Part shown: positions 17,191-28,800 of the stretch, one piece after another
Numbering within the stretch: the first letter of the stretch is position 1
How the letters are laid out: every line of letters begins with the position of its first letter
Source: a virus
Lineage: Duplodnaviria; Caudoviricetes
Virus record (IMG/VR): IMGVR_UViG_3300030099_004693
Location: 1-50,786 of that record
DNA length: 50,786 nucleotides
Reading direction: 5' to 3' (one strand)
The notes under the pieces: generated by a model
Databases searched by the model: none
What the model was told of the DNA's origin: nothing
The model's input: the letters and a program-made list of their open reading frames with translations, nothing else
Position numbers and translations under genes: made by a program

Positions 17191-17802
17191 ATGGCTATAT
17201 TCAAACCAGAAACAACAAGTGCAGGAACAGGGACTCCTAAGTCTTCATACTTAGGAGCAATAGAAGTGGGTACAGTAGGATTTAAAGATAGAAGTGGCGA
17301 CTTTCCAGGACAAGACTGGGCTGAGATATTTTTAGAAATAGAATTATCTGTCAAAGGTAGCGAATACACAAATAAAATGTCTTTATTAGGTAGATTAGAT
17401 AAAGATAGTGAAGGTAAAATAGTTGGAGGTAGTGTACTAAAAAGAATGTACAATATCTTTGATATGATTGGATTTAAAGGTGGTCTTACTATTGATAAAA
17501 AATGGGAAGACGAAAATGGCAATCAAATAACTAATATTGCAGAACATCTTAACAGCAACTTTAAAATGGATGGACAGGACTTTATTGCGTATGCATACAA
17601 AAAGAAGCCTAAAAAGCCAGGAGATAAAGTATATACAGAAATGTGGCCTAAACTATGGTTAAACACAGAAGGTGGCAGAATGCAGTGCGACAAAGATGTT
17701 AAATGGCTTAAAGAAAATGGTTATCTAAAGGAAGCTAGTCAAGATGATTTTGCTCCAAAAGGACAAACTAATTTAGCAGACAACGCATTAGCTAATCTAT
17801 GA
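17191..17802 (+). CDS. Putative ssDNA-binding protein
   Basis: Lies between the Sak4-like ATPase and primase; beta-rich; positional inference. Confidence 0.4.
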   Translation: MAIFKPETTSAGTGTPKSSYLGAIEVGTVGFKDRSGDFPGQDWAEIFLEIELSVKGSEYTNKMSLLGRLDKDSEGKIVGGSVLKRMYNIFDMIGFKGGLTIDKKWEDENGNQITNIAEHLNSNFKMDGQDFIAYAYKKKPKKPGDKVYTEMWPKLWLNTEGGRMQCDKDVKWLKENGYLKEASQDDFAPKGQTNLADNALANL

Positions 17803-19565
17803 AATACGTAGAGGTAGCAGTCGGAGGTCCTCATAACCGAGGAAATCTAGTTTTGCGTAGTGAGCTTGGCCATTATCTTCCTAAAGATGGAAGCCCACTA
17901 TATCGCTCTGTTTATCTCTACGGTGATGATGCAAAAGAATATGCTGATTCACATAGGACGTTAAAAGGCTATCACGGTAAGCGTGGTATTGATAATATAC
18001 TTATTGATATAGACAAAAAAGATAATTCAGATGAATACACACTAAAACAATTGCGTACTACTCTTCAACATCTAAATACCCTAGAAGTCCTAGATGAGAG
18101 TATACAATGCTATTTTAGTGGTACTGGTTATCATATCGTCATAACAAACAAAGTATTCAATTTCCAAGCTAGTGATAGCTTGCCCTATCAAGTAAAACAA
18201 ACCATGTCGAATCTGTTTGAAGATATTGACTCAAGTATCTACATGAGAAGTGGAATATATCGTGTGACACACACAAAAAACCAGAAAACAGGTTTATATA
18301 AAATACCTATTACACTACATGAAGCATACAACAAAACATATCAACAGATACACGAGATGGCTAAAGACCCACGCTTTGAGTACCCATATGAATTATTAGA
18401 TGGAGATTGTGAACTAGAAGGCTATATATGCCTAGATGTACCAAAAATACGTCAACAAGGCAAAGTTAGTGAACCTACGAAGGTAGTACCTTGTGTACAA
18501 ACAATGCTTAGGAATGGCCCAATACAAGGCTCTAGGCACAATACACTACTTAGGATAGCTAGTTATCTAAAAAGAAATGGAGTACCCAGCGACTATGCAA
18601 AAGTAATGATATTGCATTGGAATAACAATATGATGGATGAAGAAGCAGTCATACAAAAAATAGAATCTGTTTACAATGGAAACTATAGATACAGTTGTCA
18701 TGACTCAATTATGAAAGAACATTGTCAAACTAAATGTGTTTATTTCAAAAACAAAAACTATCATATCGATGTAAAAGATTCTGATACATTACAAAAAGAA
18801 TATGAAGAACGCTTAGAAACCAACTTCCAAGGTAGAACTGTACCTTTATCAGATATGTTTGGTTTAAAAGGATATGATACACAAATATATCCAGGCGAAC
18901 TTGTAACGATATTCGGTCCAACAGGGTCTAACAAAACTACACTCGCACAGAATCTTGCATTGGGTGTAGATTTTAAAAACGATAGAATAAACAAACAATG
19001 GCAAATACCAACATTGTTTTTATCACTAGAGTTATCAGCATGGTACATGCACAGACGTCATTTGCAAATAGTATCTGGTTTATCAAAAGAAGAAGTGAAT
19101 GCTAATTACAAAGAAGTATACAAGCGTCATTCTGATGAGCTACAACATCTACATATACAAACAGTTACACCAACACTAACATCAATACAAGACAAAATAA
19201 AAGAACTAAGTCCATATCTTGTAGTAGTTGATTATATAGATTTGGTAGATACACCAAAAGATGTTAAAGGAGAGTATGAACAAATTAAATACATATCTCA
19301 TAACTTATCTAATATGGCTGTTAATCTAGATGTTATTATTATACAAGTATCACAAGTTAGTAGAGAATACAGTAGAAATGAAGTTTTAGACCTGTATGCA
19401 GGTAAAGGTTCAGGTGCTATTGAGAATGCATCACGTAAAGTGATTGGTCTTAATGGACAGGCTGATTCTAATATAAAAGAAATTCATATGTACAAAAATA
19501 CTGACGGTGAATTATTTGACGTTGATGTAGAATGGAATGAAAGCTTTAGGTTAAGGAGAATATAA
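17799..19565 (+). CDS. AEP primase-polymerase fused to PriCT-like and SF4 (DnaB-like) helicase domains
   Basis: IDID, FSGTGYH, GSRHNTL, C..H..C..C cluster, Walker A GPTGSNKTT, VVVDYI, VSQVSR. Confidence 0.88.
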   Translation: MKYVEVAVGGPHNRGNLVLRSELGHYLPKDGSPLYRSVYLYGDDAKEYADSHRTLKGYHGKRGIDNILIDIDKKDNSDEYTLKQLRTTLQHLNTLEVLDESIQCYFSGTGYHIVITNKVFNFQASDSLPYQVKQTMSNLFEDIDSSIYMRSGIYRVTHTKNQKTGLYKIPITLHEAYNKTYQQIHEMAKDPRFEYPYELLDGDCELEGYICLDVPKIRQQGKVSEPTKVVPCVQTMLRNGPIQGSRHNTLLRIASYLKRNGVPSDYAKVMILHWNNNMMDEEAVIQKIESVYNGNYRYSCHDSIMKEHCQTKCVYFKNKNYHIDVKDSDTLQKEYEERLETNFQGRTVPLSDMFGLKGYDTQIYPGELVTIFGPTGSNKTTLAQNLALGVDFKNDRINKQWQIPTLFLSLELSAWYMHRRHLQIVSGLSKEEVNANYKEVYKRHSDELQHLHIQTVTPTLTSIQDKIKELSPYLVVVDYIDLVDTPKDVKGEYEQIKYISHNLSNMAVNLDVIIIQVSQVSREYSRNEVLDLYAGKGSGAIENASRKVIGLNGQADSNIKEIHMYKNTDGELFDVDVEWNESFRLRRI

Positions 19566-19765
19566 TGGGATGGTTTATAGCAATAATACTAGACGATAAT
19601 TTAGCTATGATAGAGTTATTTAAAGCGTTTAGAATAGGCGTAGCATGGATTAATGATGAAACAGGTAAAGCATCATCATTAATTTTAGGGCTATGGAAAC
19701 TAGAAACAAATTTTACATTAGCTGTGCGAAAAAAGTTAGGATGGCATGAAACAGGACAAGCGTAA
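19565..19765 (+). CDS. Hypothetical protein
   Basis: TAATG coupling, AAGGAG RBS. Confidence 0.65.
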   Translation: MGWFIAIILDDNLAMIELFKAFRIGVAWINDETGKASSLILGLWKLETNFTLAVRKKLGWHETGQA

Positions 19766-20222
19766 AATTACTAGTAGAATGAAGTTTTGGGAGGACAAGT
19801 TCCTCCCAAAGCTTAAAAAACATCATGGAAACAGAAGTAAAGGTGTATTTCATCGTTTAATGAAAAAGTCATCTACACTGCGAACTTCACTAAAAAGAAG
19901 GAGCAGAGAATATGAAGTATTATTTGATATTAGCCTTAAAGAAATACGCGAGCTTATCTTATTGGCGTACGGAAAACAATGTAAATATTGCAAAGAAATA
20001 CTTAAAGTTAACAATATGGTTTGTGACCACACTAATCCTATTAGCCACGGCGGAGATTCTATCAAAACAAATCTTCAAATGATATGTGCACGTTGCAATA
20101 CCAGAAAAGGCCCTTTAACAGATAAAGTATATAAAAAGTTATTAGGCTGGTTAAAAAGACAAAACAAAAATTCAAGAGATTATATATTAAGAAAACTTGC
20201 TAGAAGCGATGTATTTAAATAA
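19746..20222 (+). CDS. HNH endonuclease
   Basis: CKYC...DH..P...GG....NLQ..CARCN..KG. Confidence 0.9.
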   Translation: MKQDKRKITSRMKFWEDKFLPKLKKHHGNRSKGVFHRLMKKSSTLRTSLKRRSREYEVLFDISLKEIRELILLAYGKQCKYCKEILKVNNMVCDHTNPISHGGDSIKTNLQMICARCNTRKGPLTDKVYKKLLGWLKRQNKNSRDYILRKLARSDVFK

Positions 20223-20312
20223 ATACTGGCTGGAAGTTGCAGTATAAAAACTCCAAGATGTTTTCGTATTTCTTTTTCATAGGTAACGGAAACTTTATTA
20301 GTCGAAAGAAAA

Positions 20313-20367
20313 CGGGGAGGGTCAAACAATTAACAGGAGCTGTTATAGTTTGGTGCAGCTCTCCCCG
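20313..20367 (+). promoter_or_regulatory. Intergenic hairpin before RBS
   Basis: CGGGGAGGGT/GCTCTCCCCG with inner CAAAC/GTTTG and TAACAG/CTGTTA. Confidence 0.55.
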
Positions 20368-20385
20368 CTCATATAAGGAAATATT

Positions 20386-20640
20386 ATGATATTATTTGGA
20401 ATGGTTATTAAATGTTATACAATACTTACTTTTATGACAATAACAGATGAGATATGGAACCTAAACAATCCACGTCCATATCCTGCAACAAAATATGAAT
20501 TAGCAAATTGGGAAGAAAAAGATTTTATTTTTTATACAAATGGAACATATGTATTAAGAAAAAAAAGAAAAGTGGACAACAAAACAAAAGCAGAAGCCAG
20601 GAGGTTATGGCATGAACGTCAAAATAAGCAAATTCGATAG
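20386..20640 (+). CDS. Hypothetical protein
   Basis: AAGGA RBS; lies on the coding strand. Confidence 0.55.
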   Translation: MILFGMVIKCYTILTFMTITDEIWNLNNPRPYPATKYELANWEEKDFIFYTNGTYVLRKKRKVDNKTKAEARRLWHERQNKQIR

Positions 20641-20743
20641 AATCGGCATCAAACTAAAAAGGTTGTTAGGATGGAAAATAAAAGACCTCGCTACAAGATA
20701 CAACGTAACGACAAGGACAATATATCGTGCGTTGAAAAAATAA
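20612..20743 (+). CDS. 43-aa helix-turn-helix DNA-binding protein (not in ORF track)
   Basis: AGGAGG RBS; MNVKISKFDRIGIKLKRLLGWKIKDLATRYNVTTRTIYRALKK matches HTH consensus G....LA..Y.V...TIYR.L. Confidence 0.8.
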   Translation: MNVKISKFDRIGIKLKRLLGWKIKDLATRYNVTTRTIYRALKK

Positions 20744-20809
20744 TAAAACATCAAGAAAATCTGTTTAATCTAACATTTAGAAATGGCAGATGGATAAGGA
20801 GATATAACA

Positions 20810-21040
20810 ATGGACTTAAAAAAAATAAAAAAGTCAACAAAAAAGACAACTCTAGTAAACCTGTCATCAGAACAAAGAGATGCAGGAAGAACGCTTTCAA
20901 AACCAAAAACATCAACAGTAGATAGACGTACAAAAGCTATTAAAAAAGCTGCTAATGGATGTTGGTGGATAGAAACATATTTAAATGGCGTATATACTTG
21001 GAGAGCTAAAGAACAAATGAATGGAGTAGATGATGAGTAA
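20810..21040 (+). CDS. Basic hypothetical protein
   Basis: AAGGAG RBS. Confidence 0.65.
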   Translation: MDLKKIKKSTKKTTLVNLSSEQRDAGRTLSKPKTSTVDRRTKAIKKAANGCWWIETYLNGVYTWRAKEQMNGVDDE

Positions 21041-21419
21041 ATTCTACGATATTGATTTGCCTTTCGGAATAAAATATGAAGGTACATTATCAGAATTATT
21101 GACAGCAGATACAAACAGGTTAATTGAAGTCAAAACAGAACGTAATAAATGGAAAGAGACAGGCAATATATTTGTAGAATTTGTATGGCGTGGGACCTTG
21201 AGTGGCATAACGACTACCAAGGCTGATTGGTGGGCAACAATACTAACCCTAGAGGAGGAGATACAAGGGATAATATTGTTGCCTACTAATATAATGAAAG
21301 CCAAAGTTAAAAAATTAATAAACGAAGGGATAGCTAGTTATCCAGTAAAAGGTGGTGATGACAATGCTAGTGAAGGTGCGTTAGTACCTATAAAGGAGTT
21401 AATGAATTATGAAGGATAA
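21030..21419 (+). CDS. PD-(D/E)XK-family nuclease-like protein
   Basis: IEVKTER..W..TGNIFVE...SGI.TT.ADWW. Confidence 0.7.
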   Translation: MMSKFYDIDLPFGIKYEGTLSELLTADTNRLIEVKTERNKWKETGNIFVEFVWRGTLSGITTTKADWWATILTLEEEIQGIILLPTNIMKAKVKKLINEGIASYPVKGGDDNASEGALVPIKELMNYEG

Positions 21420-22143
21420 AATAGAACTATACAAAGAAAGCTTAGACATCAGAAGACATGAATCAGGAGATAGGTGGTATGCGCCAGTTGGTTCTTACAA
21501 TTGGAAACCTTCAGTTACTACTATTATAGGTGGTACATTAAATAAAGGTAAGGGTTTTGAGCAATGGTTAGGTAATCATCCCAGCTACAAAATTGCGTGT
21601 GAAGAACGTGATAAAGCAGCAGATAGAGGAACGCTTGTTCATGACCTTGCAGAAAAATATATGCATGGTGAATCTGTTGAAGCAGAAGATGAAGAAATAT
21701 GTAAACATCTTATGTCATTTGAAAAATTTTGGAGAGATAATGAAATACAAATGATTGACACAGAATTGTTTATGTGGCACAAAGATGTGCCGTGGGCAGG
21801 TACTTGTGATATAATAGCTAAAATGAATGGTAAATATGCTATTATAGACATTAAAACAGGAGGCTATTATAAGTCTCATGAAATACAGCTAAATATGTAT
21901 GCTGAACTGTTATCTAAAATAACAGGAGAAGAAATAGGTATATTAGCAGGATTGTACACCAAAGGTAAATGGATAAGAGAACCTAACTATCAATTAAAAA
22001 AGTTTAAGTTTAACTTAGACATAGCTATGTCTGTTGATAGTGTATGGAGATTCTTAAATGGTGGCAATCCAAAACCAAAAATAAAAGCAAAACTAAAAAC
22101 TACATTTCAGATAGGAGGTAAAGATGAGTATGAGTTTTTATAG
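21409..22143 (+). CDS. PD-(D/E)XK exonuclease (lambda-exo/Cas4-like superfamily)
   Basis: PSVTTI, RGTLVH..AE, AGTCD, IIDIKT, QL..YA. Confidence 0.85.
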   Translation: MKDKIELYKESLDIRRHESGDRWYAPVGSYNWKPSVTTIIGGTLNKGKGFEQWLGNHPSYKIACEERDKAADRGTLVHDLAEKYMHGESVEAEDEEICKHLMSFEKFWRDNEIQMIDTELFMWHKDVPWAGTCDIIAKMNGKYAIIDIKTGGYYKSHEIQLNMYAELLSKITGEEIGILAGLYTKGKWIREPNYQLKKFKFNLDIAMSVDSVWRFLNGGNPKPKIKAKLKTTFQIGGKDEYEFL

Positions 22144-22375
22144 AGATAAAATACAAAAACTACAACAAATGTTAGATAATAAAGATGAAGAAATAAAACG
22201 ATTAACTAATGAATTATTTCTTTGCCAAGAAACAAAACAAACAAAATCTGTTGCAATAACAAAAGGCAATTCAACGCAAACACCATTAGTTGAGTTTGAA
22301 AACAGTAACGTAGCTACAATATTAAAAGGTCGATTAAAAGCTATGAAAATGTACACGGAGAAAAGAGATGAGTAA
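22124..22375 (+). CDS. Coiled-coil hypothetical protein
   Basis: GGAGG RBS; overlaps neighbours. Confidence 0.6.
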   Translation: MSMSFYRDKIQKLQQMLDNKDEEIKRLTNELFLCQETKQTKSVAITKGNSTQTPLVEFENSNVATILKGRLKAMKMYTEKRDE

Positions 22376-22619
22376 TGCAAAATACAAAAACATTGGTAAA
22401 AAACAAATAATCAATGTTATTAATCAAACAATACAAAAAGTTGAAGCAACAGAAATGACAATTAATCTATTGCTTATGAAGTTAGACGAAGATAAAATAC
22501 TATCACAAGAATCATTTCATGCATTTATGAAAGAAAAGTTAGGAGGTCTTGATGAAACACAAGGAAATGAAGAATCTAATGGAAAAGAAGATTCTACCGC
22601 AGATAACAAAGACTCGTGA
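22368..22619 (+). CDS. Hypothetical protein
   Basis: GGAG RBS; coupled to neighbours. Confidence 0.6.
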   Translation: MSNAKYKNIGKKQIINVINQTIQKVEATEMTINLLLMKLDEDKILSQESFHAFMKEKLGGLDETQGNEESNGKEDSTADNKDS

Positions 22620-22869
22620 CTCAGGGCAGAAAGAATACGCTCATGATGAAGATAATGTATTTGCTAACTTCGAAAGAGTAGCAGAATCCTGCAATATATC
22701 CAGAGAACAAGCTCTTTGGGTATATGCATCAAAACACTTTGATGGAATATCTGCTTATGTTAAAGGATATAAAAGTCAAAGAGAAGATGTACGTGGTAGA
22801 TTAACAGACCTTACAGTATACTTATGGTTGTTGTGGGGTATGATAGAAGAATCAGAAAGTAAGTCCTGA
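22549..22869 (+). CDS. All-alpha nucleotide-modification-associated/MazG-like-fold protein
   Basis: KEYA...VFANFERVA...KH...RL.DL..Y pattern. Confidence 0.45.
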   Translation: MMKHKEMKNLMEKKILPQITKTRDSGQKEYAHDEDNVFANFERVAESCNISREQALWVYASKHFDGISAYVKGYKSQREDVRGRLTDLTVYLWLLWGMIEESESKS

Positions 22870-25800
22870 CCCAGGTGTTGGGACTTTTCTTTCTTCACCT
22901 TCTCTTAATTCTTTGGACGCTCTACTTAATCCTATTAATGGTATGCCTGTCCATTTATCTACAAGTGACATTGGGTTTTCTATTAAATTGTTTTGAGCAA
23001 CAAAATCTCTAGATATTCTTCCAAATGGATACATAGTGTGTATGTAATAGTTAGCTACTCGTTCCCAATCATCTTCTAATACAGCTCTCATAGATGCCAT
23101 TGGCAGTCTTGCTATTGGTGGAGTAATTAGTTGTAATGGTGCAATTGGCTGTGGCCATTGCCCAAAAAATGCTCTTTTCTTATCTTTTTCATCACCAAAC
23201 AACCATTCACTAGTATCCTGCATCCAGTTCCATGGCGATGGCATTGCAGTATCAAATAATGAATATGCAAAAGCATTACCTAATGAAAATACAAATAGGT
23301 CTAATTGCATTATTCTTGCCACACGTTCTGCTTCTTTACCTTTAAAACCATATAATCTAGCTTGTCTTAATGCTTCTCTTCTAAAACGTATAGCATTCCA
23401 GCCCCAAAGCTGGAAACGTGTCATTACTTTACCTAATGCTGTTCTAGCAAACATAGGTCTAAATGGAGCAGAATATAAAAACTGAGTAGATTTAACTCCT
23501 TTCTTAGCTAAATCTATTAATATAGGGTGGTCAAACTCTCTAATAGCACCATTGAATTTTTTATACCAAAATAAATAATGTGCCATAAATGCATCTCTTC
23601 TTAATGCTCTTTCTGGTACAGACATAAACTTAGCTGCTAATTCTGTAACAGGTCTTGTGATACCCTTTTCTTTACCTAAATCTAAAACAGATTCACTAGA
23701 TAAATTAGGGTCACGTTTAAGTTTACGTGCAACAAGTTCAATAAACTCTTTATTACGAGATGATTGATATTCTGTTGCTAAACCATATTCCTCAAGTAAT
23801 TGCTCAGGCAATACGCCTTGTTTAATTACAAACGCTTCTCTAGCTTCTTTAGATGCAAACTTATCACTAAGTGCAGCCATATATTTATTGTTTCTAGCAT
23901 CCATCCAAGTCTTCATACCAACAGATTGTACAGTATGCATAGTACCACCAAAAATATTAGCAACAACAGACTTAGGATGTGCTAATAACGATGCTAACTC
24001 AAACTTAGCTTCTAGGTTACTCCAGTTACGTACATCATTTAAATCTAAACCTCTAAGTTCTTCAGGTAATTCTTTCTTAATTAATCCTAATTTGTCTCCT
24101 ATTTTATTAAGTCTATCTTTAACTCTATTATCAGCCCACCATCCATAAGGTGTACCTTTTATTTTCATGTTAGGATTTTCATAAACATACTCAGGGACAA
24201 CATCAGGATTGCCTATAGCGCCTTGCACATAAAGTTTTAAGAATGTAGACCACGATTCTTTAATGTTTTCTGGTACTTTTCTATCAAACATTGACTGTTC
24301 AAACTTAGATATAGTATCTCTTGCAAGTATTTGAGCCCATTGTTTGTAATATGTATTGTTTAAACTTTTACCATAGCCTGTGGGAACCTGTATGTCTAAT
24401 GAATATCCAGGTATATGACCTTCTCTACTAAGCTGAGAACCAGTTTTCTTTATATCTTGCAACCAACTTATACGTTCTTCTTTTTTTTGTTTACGTTTGC
24501 CTATATTTTCTAAACTTTTATTAAATCCTTCCCAAGTATTAATAGCTTCAAACATATAATCACCAGTTAATGCGTGATGTCTGTATGTTAATTTAGTTAT
24601 TAACTTATCTTGTTCTTTAGCATCTAAACTGCTTTTGCGTATATATTTTACATATTCTTTAAGTGCGTTAAGTGCGGTTTTTTTACTAAAATGATTATGT
24701 GGAAAATACATTTCTTCTGATATTCTACCAGTTCTAGATGGAAATGTTTCATACATTTTTTTCAATTCTTTTTTCTTTAGTTTTTTAGTATTAGTAGCTA
24801 TTTCATATTTCATTGACCTAGCTATAGTATTTATACCATCAATACCAAATTCTGTCGGTATTTTTTTGTTTTTAGCTACAGCTCTATTAAAATCGTTTAC
24901 AAGTTTTTCAAAGTTAATAATTGGATTTTGTTTAGTTTTAGGGTCGTAAAATCCTTTAACGTAGCCACTATTTTTAGGACCAGATGTAAATCCAGGAATA
25001 CCAAACTCTATAGCTTTTTGTAATGCATATAATGGTTGACCATCTGCAGTTGTTCCTATTACTTTTAAATTACCAGAAGAATCTTTAGGAACATTACCTT
25101 GTGCAATCTCTAATTCTTTTTTATAATATGCTGTTTCTTTATTGTTAATAATATCAACAATTTCAGAACCCTTTAACTTTTGCAGTTTTTTATCTATTTC
25201 AACAGTATAAACTTTATCTTTTAAATCAGTTTCGTATTTATGTTTTTTAGTAATTTCATTAAAAGCATCTGTATATGTCTTAGCGTGAAACATAGCAAGA
25301 GGTTTATCTTTTTTACTTACATCTGTTAAAATCTTTTCTGCCATAGGAAGTTCTCGTTTAACCATAGCTACTTCCCATAATTGTTTGCCTTCAGGTATAG
25401 CATCTAAAAACGTATATTCTTTTACTCGTTCTAAAGATAACTGTTCATTGGCTGCATCTGCTGCATCTAACACGCTTTTAATTCTATATTGAGTAATGTC
25501 TATGTACTGAGTAGGTAATATAGACTTACCAGTCTTCATACCTTCTGCTGTCATAAATATACCTTTCTTTTGCATCAGAACAATTTCATCTCGCATTAAT
25601 TCTTTATTAATAGTTTCAGGAAACTGTAAATATGTACGCTGTGATACTTTACTAATATCTTCACCTTTTAATCGTTGCCAAAAAGTACCAGTCTTAGTAT
25701 CTCTAAGCCAATTGCGAAGTACCATCCAGTCCTGTTTATTAAATATATTTATATCTTTGCCTACAACTTCACGTGCAATAAATCCAATGTTTTGTACTAC

Positions 25801-28800
25801 TTTATTGTTTTCTGTTTTTAAGTCCATTACAATGTCATCAATATAACCCTTAGTCTCAGCATCTAGTTTAGTTTTACCTTTAGCTTCTTTAACGCCTTCC
25901 CATCCAGTAGTAAATACTTCTGTTAGTTTAGCATCAGATTCCTCAGGCCACCCTTTTTCAATGCTTTCTTTTTTAGTAGGTTCTTCTAATAGTATAGTTC
26001 CTTCTCTTCGTATTTGTTCTGGTGCACGATGAGTAGATACTTCGTTGTATGTATTGTTTATTTCACCTAAAAACTTTCCAATAGAATTAGTTTCCATAGC
26101 TTCGCTGTTGTATCCCAACATAGATGATGACGTTCTTGCTGTATTTGTAAGCTCTGTATCATAGTCTTTTTGTTCCTTATTAGTTAAAGGTCTTTCTAGT
26201 TTAATTGCGTTTAGTTCTGCTAACTTTTCAAGATTACCACGATTCAATGAACCTAACATTAATGTATCAAACAATCTTTTTTCTATGTCAGTTCTATTAC
26301 GTTTCCATTTTCTTATCTCTGCATCAATAGCATTTTGGTCTTTAATCGATGAACCTTTAGACTTTCTTTGTCTACCAATATTTAGTTCAGTATCTAAACT
26401 ATTTCTATCATCTCTCATTAGATACGATTCTGCTTTTAATTTTTCTACTGTAGTATGCGCATCTTCTATCATTGCATTTACTTCAGCTTTTGTAATACCA
26501 GGAACTCTTTTCTTTACAACATCTATAATTTTTACAAGCTCTTGTACAGTCACCATTGTTTGTATATCTCTACCAGAAAAATCACCAGCTTGTTCTTTTA
26601 ATCGTTCTAATACAGCAATGCGTTCTTGTTCTGTGTAAAGTTTATTTTTTGCCTTTTTAAATGTAGCAAACTTAGTTCCTTTTATAACATCGTAAAACGT
26701 AGCTTTGTTTTTAGCAGCTGCAACTAATGCATCAGGGTTTAATAAATTGTATTTATACACTTTATTAATAATTGTAGGAGTAGGTGTTTTTAATGTTCTT
26801 CTTCCTAACATACCTTTTAAAGAACTATACTCAGCTACACTTTTGTTGTAGTTATTATATAAATCTGTTATTCTATCAAATTTTACTCTATTTAATGCGT
26901 GGTCAGAATAGTCTATATTATGTAACAGTCTAGCTATTTTAGGCGTCATAGTAGTAATATTCTTTGGGTCTTCAGCCATAAGTTCTGCTGTAAGATTCTT
27001 TCTGTCTTCCATAGTATATTGACGTTGATTTGTATAATCTTTGCCGTAGTATGCATTATTAGCTTTACTTAACATACCAATAACACCATTTTTATTAAAC
27101 TCTGAAACATTCAACTTAGCTAATGGCACTTTTGATTTAACAATAAAGTGAGCCTCTAATGCTTGTTTATACCAATTCTCATAGCCTTTAGGCTTACCAT
27201 AATCCATTGCATCTGATGAAAAACCAACCATAGCACGCATTAGTTTATTTGCGTAATCTATTTCTTGAGGTTTAGTTTTAGGGATAAGAGTTACTTTTAT
27301 ATCTTTACCAAAATGTTTAACAGTAAACTCGTCTTTACCTTTATTAAGTATCATTTGATATGCAGATGCCATAATGTTTTTAGGATTAACAGCAGCTCCA
27401 CCAAGAAGTCCTCTACCTTCTACAGCACCTTCTGATGCTTGATGTCGCATATTAGGCGCAAACATACCAGCCTGACTTTTAAATAACGCGTCTTCTCTTG
27501 GACTATATTCTTGTATAAGCTTTTTCTCAAATTCTTTAGCTTTGTTATCAGCTATTTTAAACCTACCATCTTTCTGTTTAACATAGAACTCTTGTTCTTG
27601 AGCTTCCATTACATCTTTATATTCTTTCTTTAAACCACCCTTACCACCAAAGTACATATACGCAGAATCAATATCAAGGTCAGCACCACCTAACGCTCTC
27701 ATCTTTAACCCATGCATTAGTATGCCATAGTCATTTCTTCCAGTAAACCCAGCAAACTGCAATATTTGTGTACCAGAGTTAGAATCTGCTGGAACTCTTA
27801 TAACTGCAGTCCTAAAAACCTCTTCTAGCCGTTTTTTAGCCGATTCTGGAGTACTTTTACTTAAGTACGTGCTATAGAGCTCTTCGAGTGTTTTCTTTCC
27901 ATATAGCTCTGTTTCAATAACTTTCTTTTTATGTTTGTCTCCAAGGAAAAATATTTTAGAATTTGTATTTAATTCTTTTAACCTAGGATTAACACCATCT
28001 AAATCTTTCTGTAATCCTTCATCATATGGTCTAATAATAGCTGCAGCAGAGTTTTTAACCTTTGGTTTAGTAACAGAGTTTACTATCCAACTAGACATCA
28101 TTTTATCTCTGTATTTGTTTATATCTGGATGCGTAAATATATTAGCTTCATTCTCTGGTTTACCACGTTTAATAGCGTCTTTACGTGCAGCTGCTATCAT
28201 TTTTTGTGCAACAGAATGGTAATACTCAACTTCCCTATTGTTTGCATCGTATTCTGCTTCTGTCATTACACCTTCGGCATACTCTTCTCTTATAGCAGAC
28301 TTTCTATTTAACAATAGATAGTTATAAAATGCCTTAGAAAACAATTGATTACCAGGTTGTTTCATAGCATCTGTTATACGTTCTAACCCAATAGCATCAA
28401 AATCTAGCTTATCTAGTTCTTTAGCTAATTGTTTATCTGATGCTGTAGGTAGTTTTTCTAAGTACGCATCTAATGCTTCATTAGCTTTTGCATCACCTTT
28501 AATACGTGGCTCCATAAAATCTTTAAATATACCATCAACTGCTTCTTTGACAGTAAAGCCATCTTTAGATGCTTTTTGAAATGCCATAGCTTCTACTAAA
28601 TTAGTAAGCATTTGTTTTTTAATACTCTGCGGTGCAATAAACTTTTTACTTTGCTTTATGCCTAAATCTTGTTTAATATGCGTAGGGTCTAAATCATATA
28701 CTTCATAAAACTCTCTTGTACCTTTTTGTTTAACAGCAGATGCCATAATATTCATATGTATACCAGCATCTTTCATTTCTGCTGATAACTTAGGTCCTGC

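Noticed and set aside
12078-20640. Paralogy between 12078-12218 (PYRTRYELLEW) and 20386-20640 (PATKYELANW)
   Set aside because: Similarity is limited to a few residues and could be chance
20671-20925. 84-aa ORF in the track
   Set aside because: Overlaps the better-supported HTH gene (20612-20743) and the 20810 gene in other frames
14795-22143. Near-terminal GG in other proteins (SGGINE, YGGYGWV, IGGKDEYEFL) as extra Ubl-like tails
   Set aside because: Explained by the overlapping GGAGG Shine-Dalgarno of the next gene
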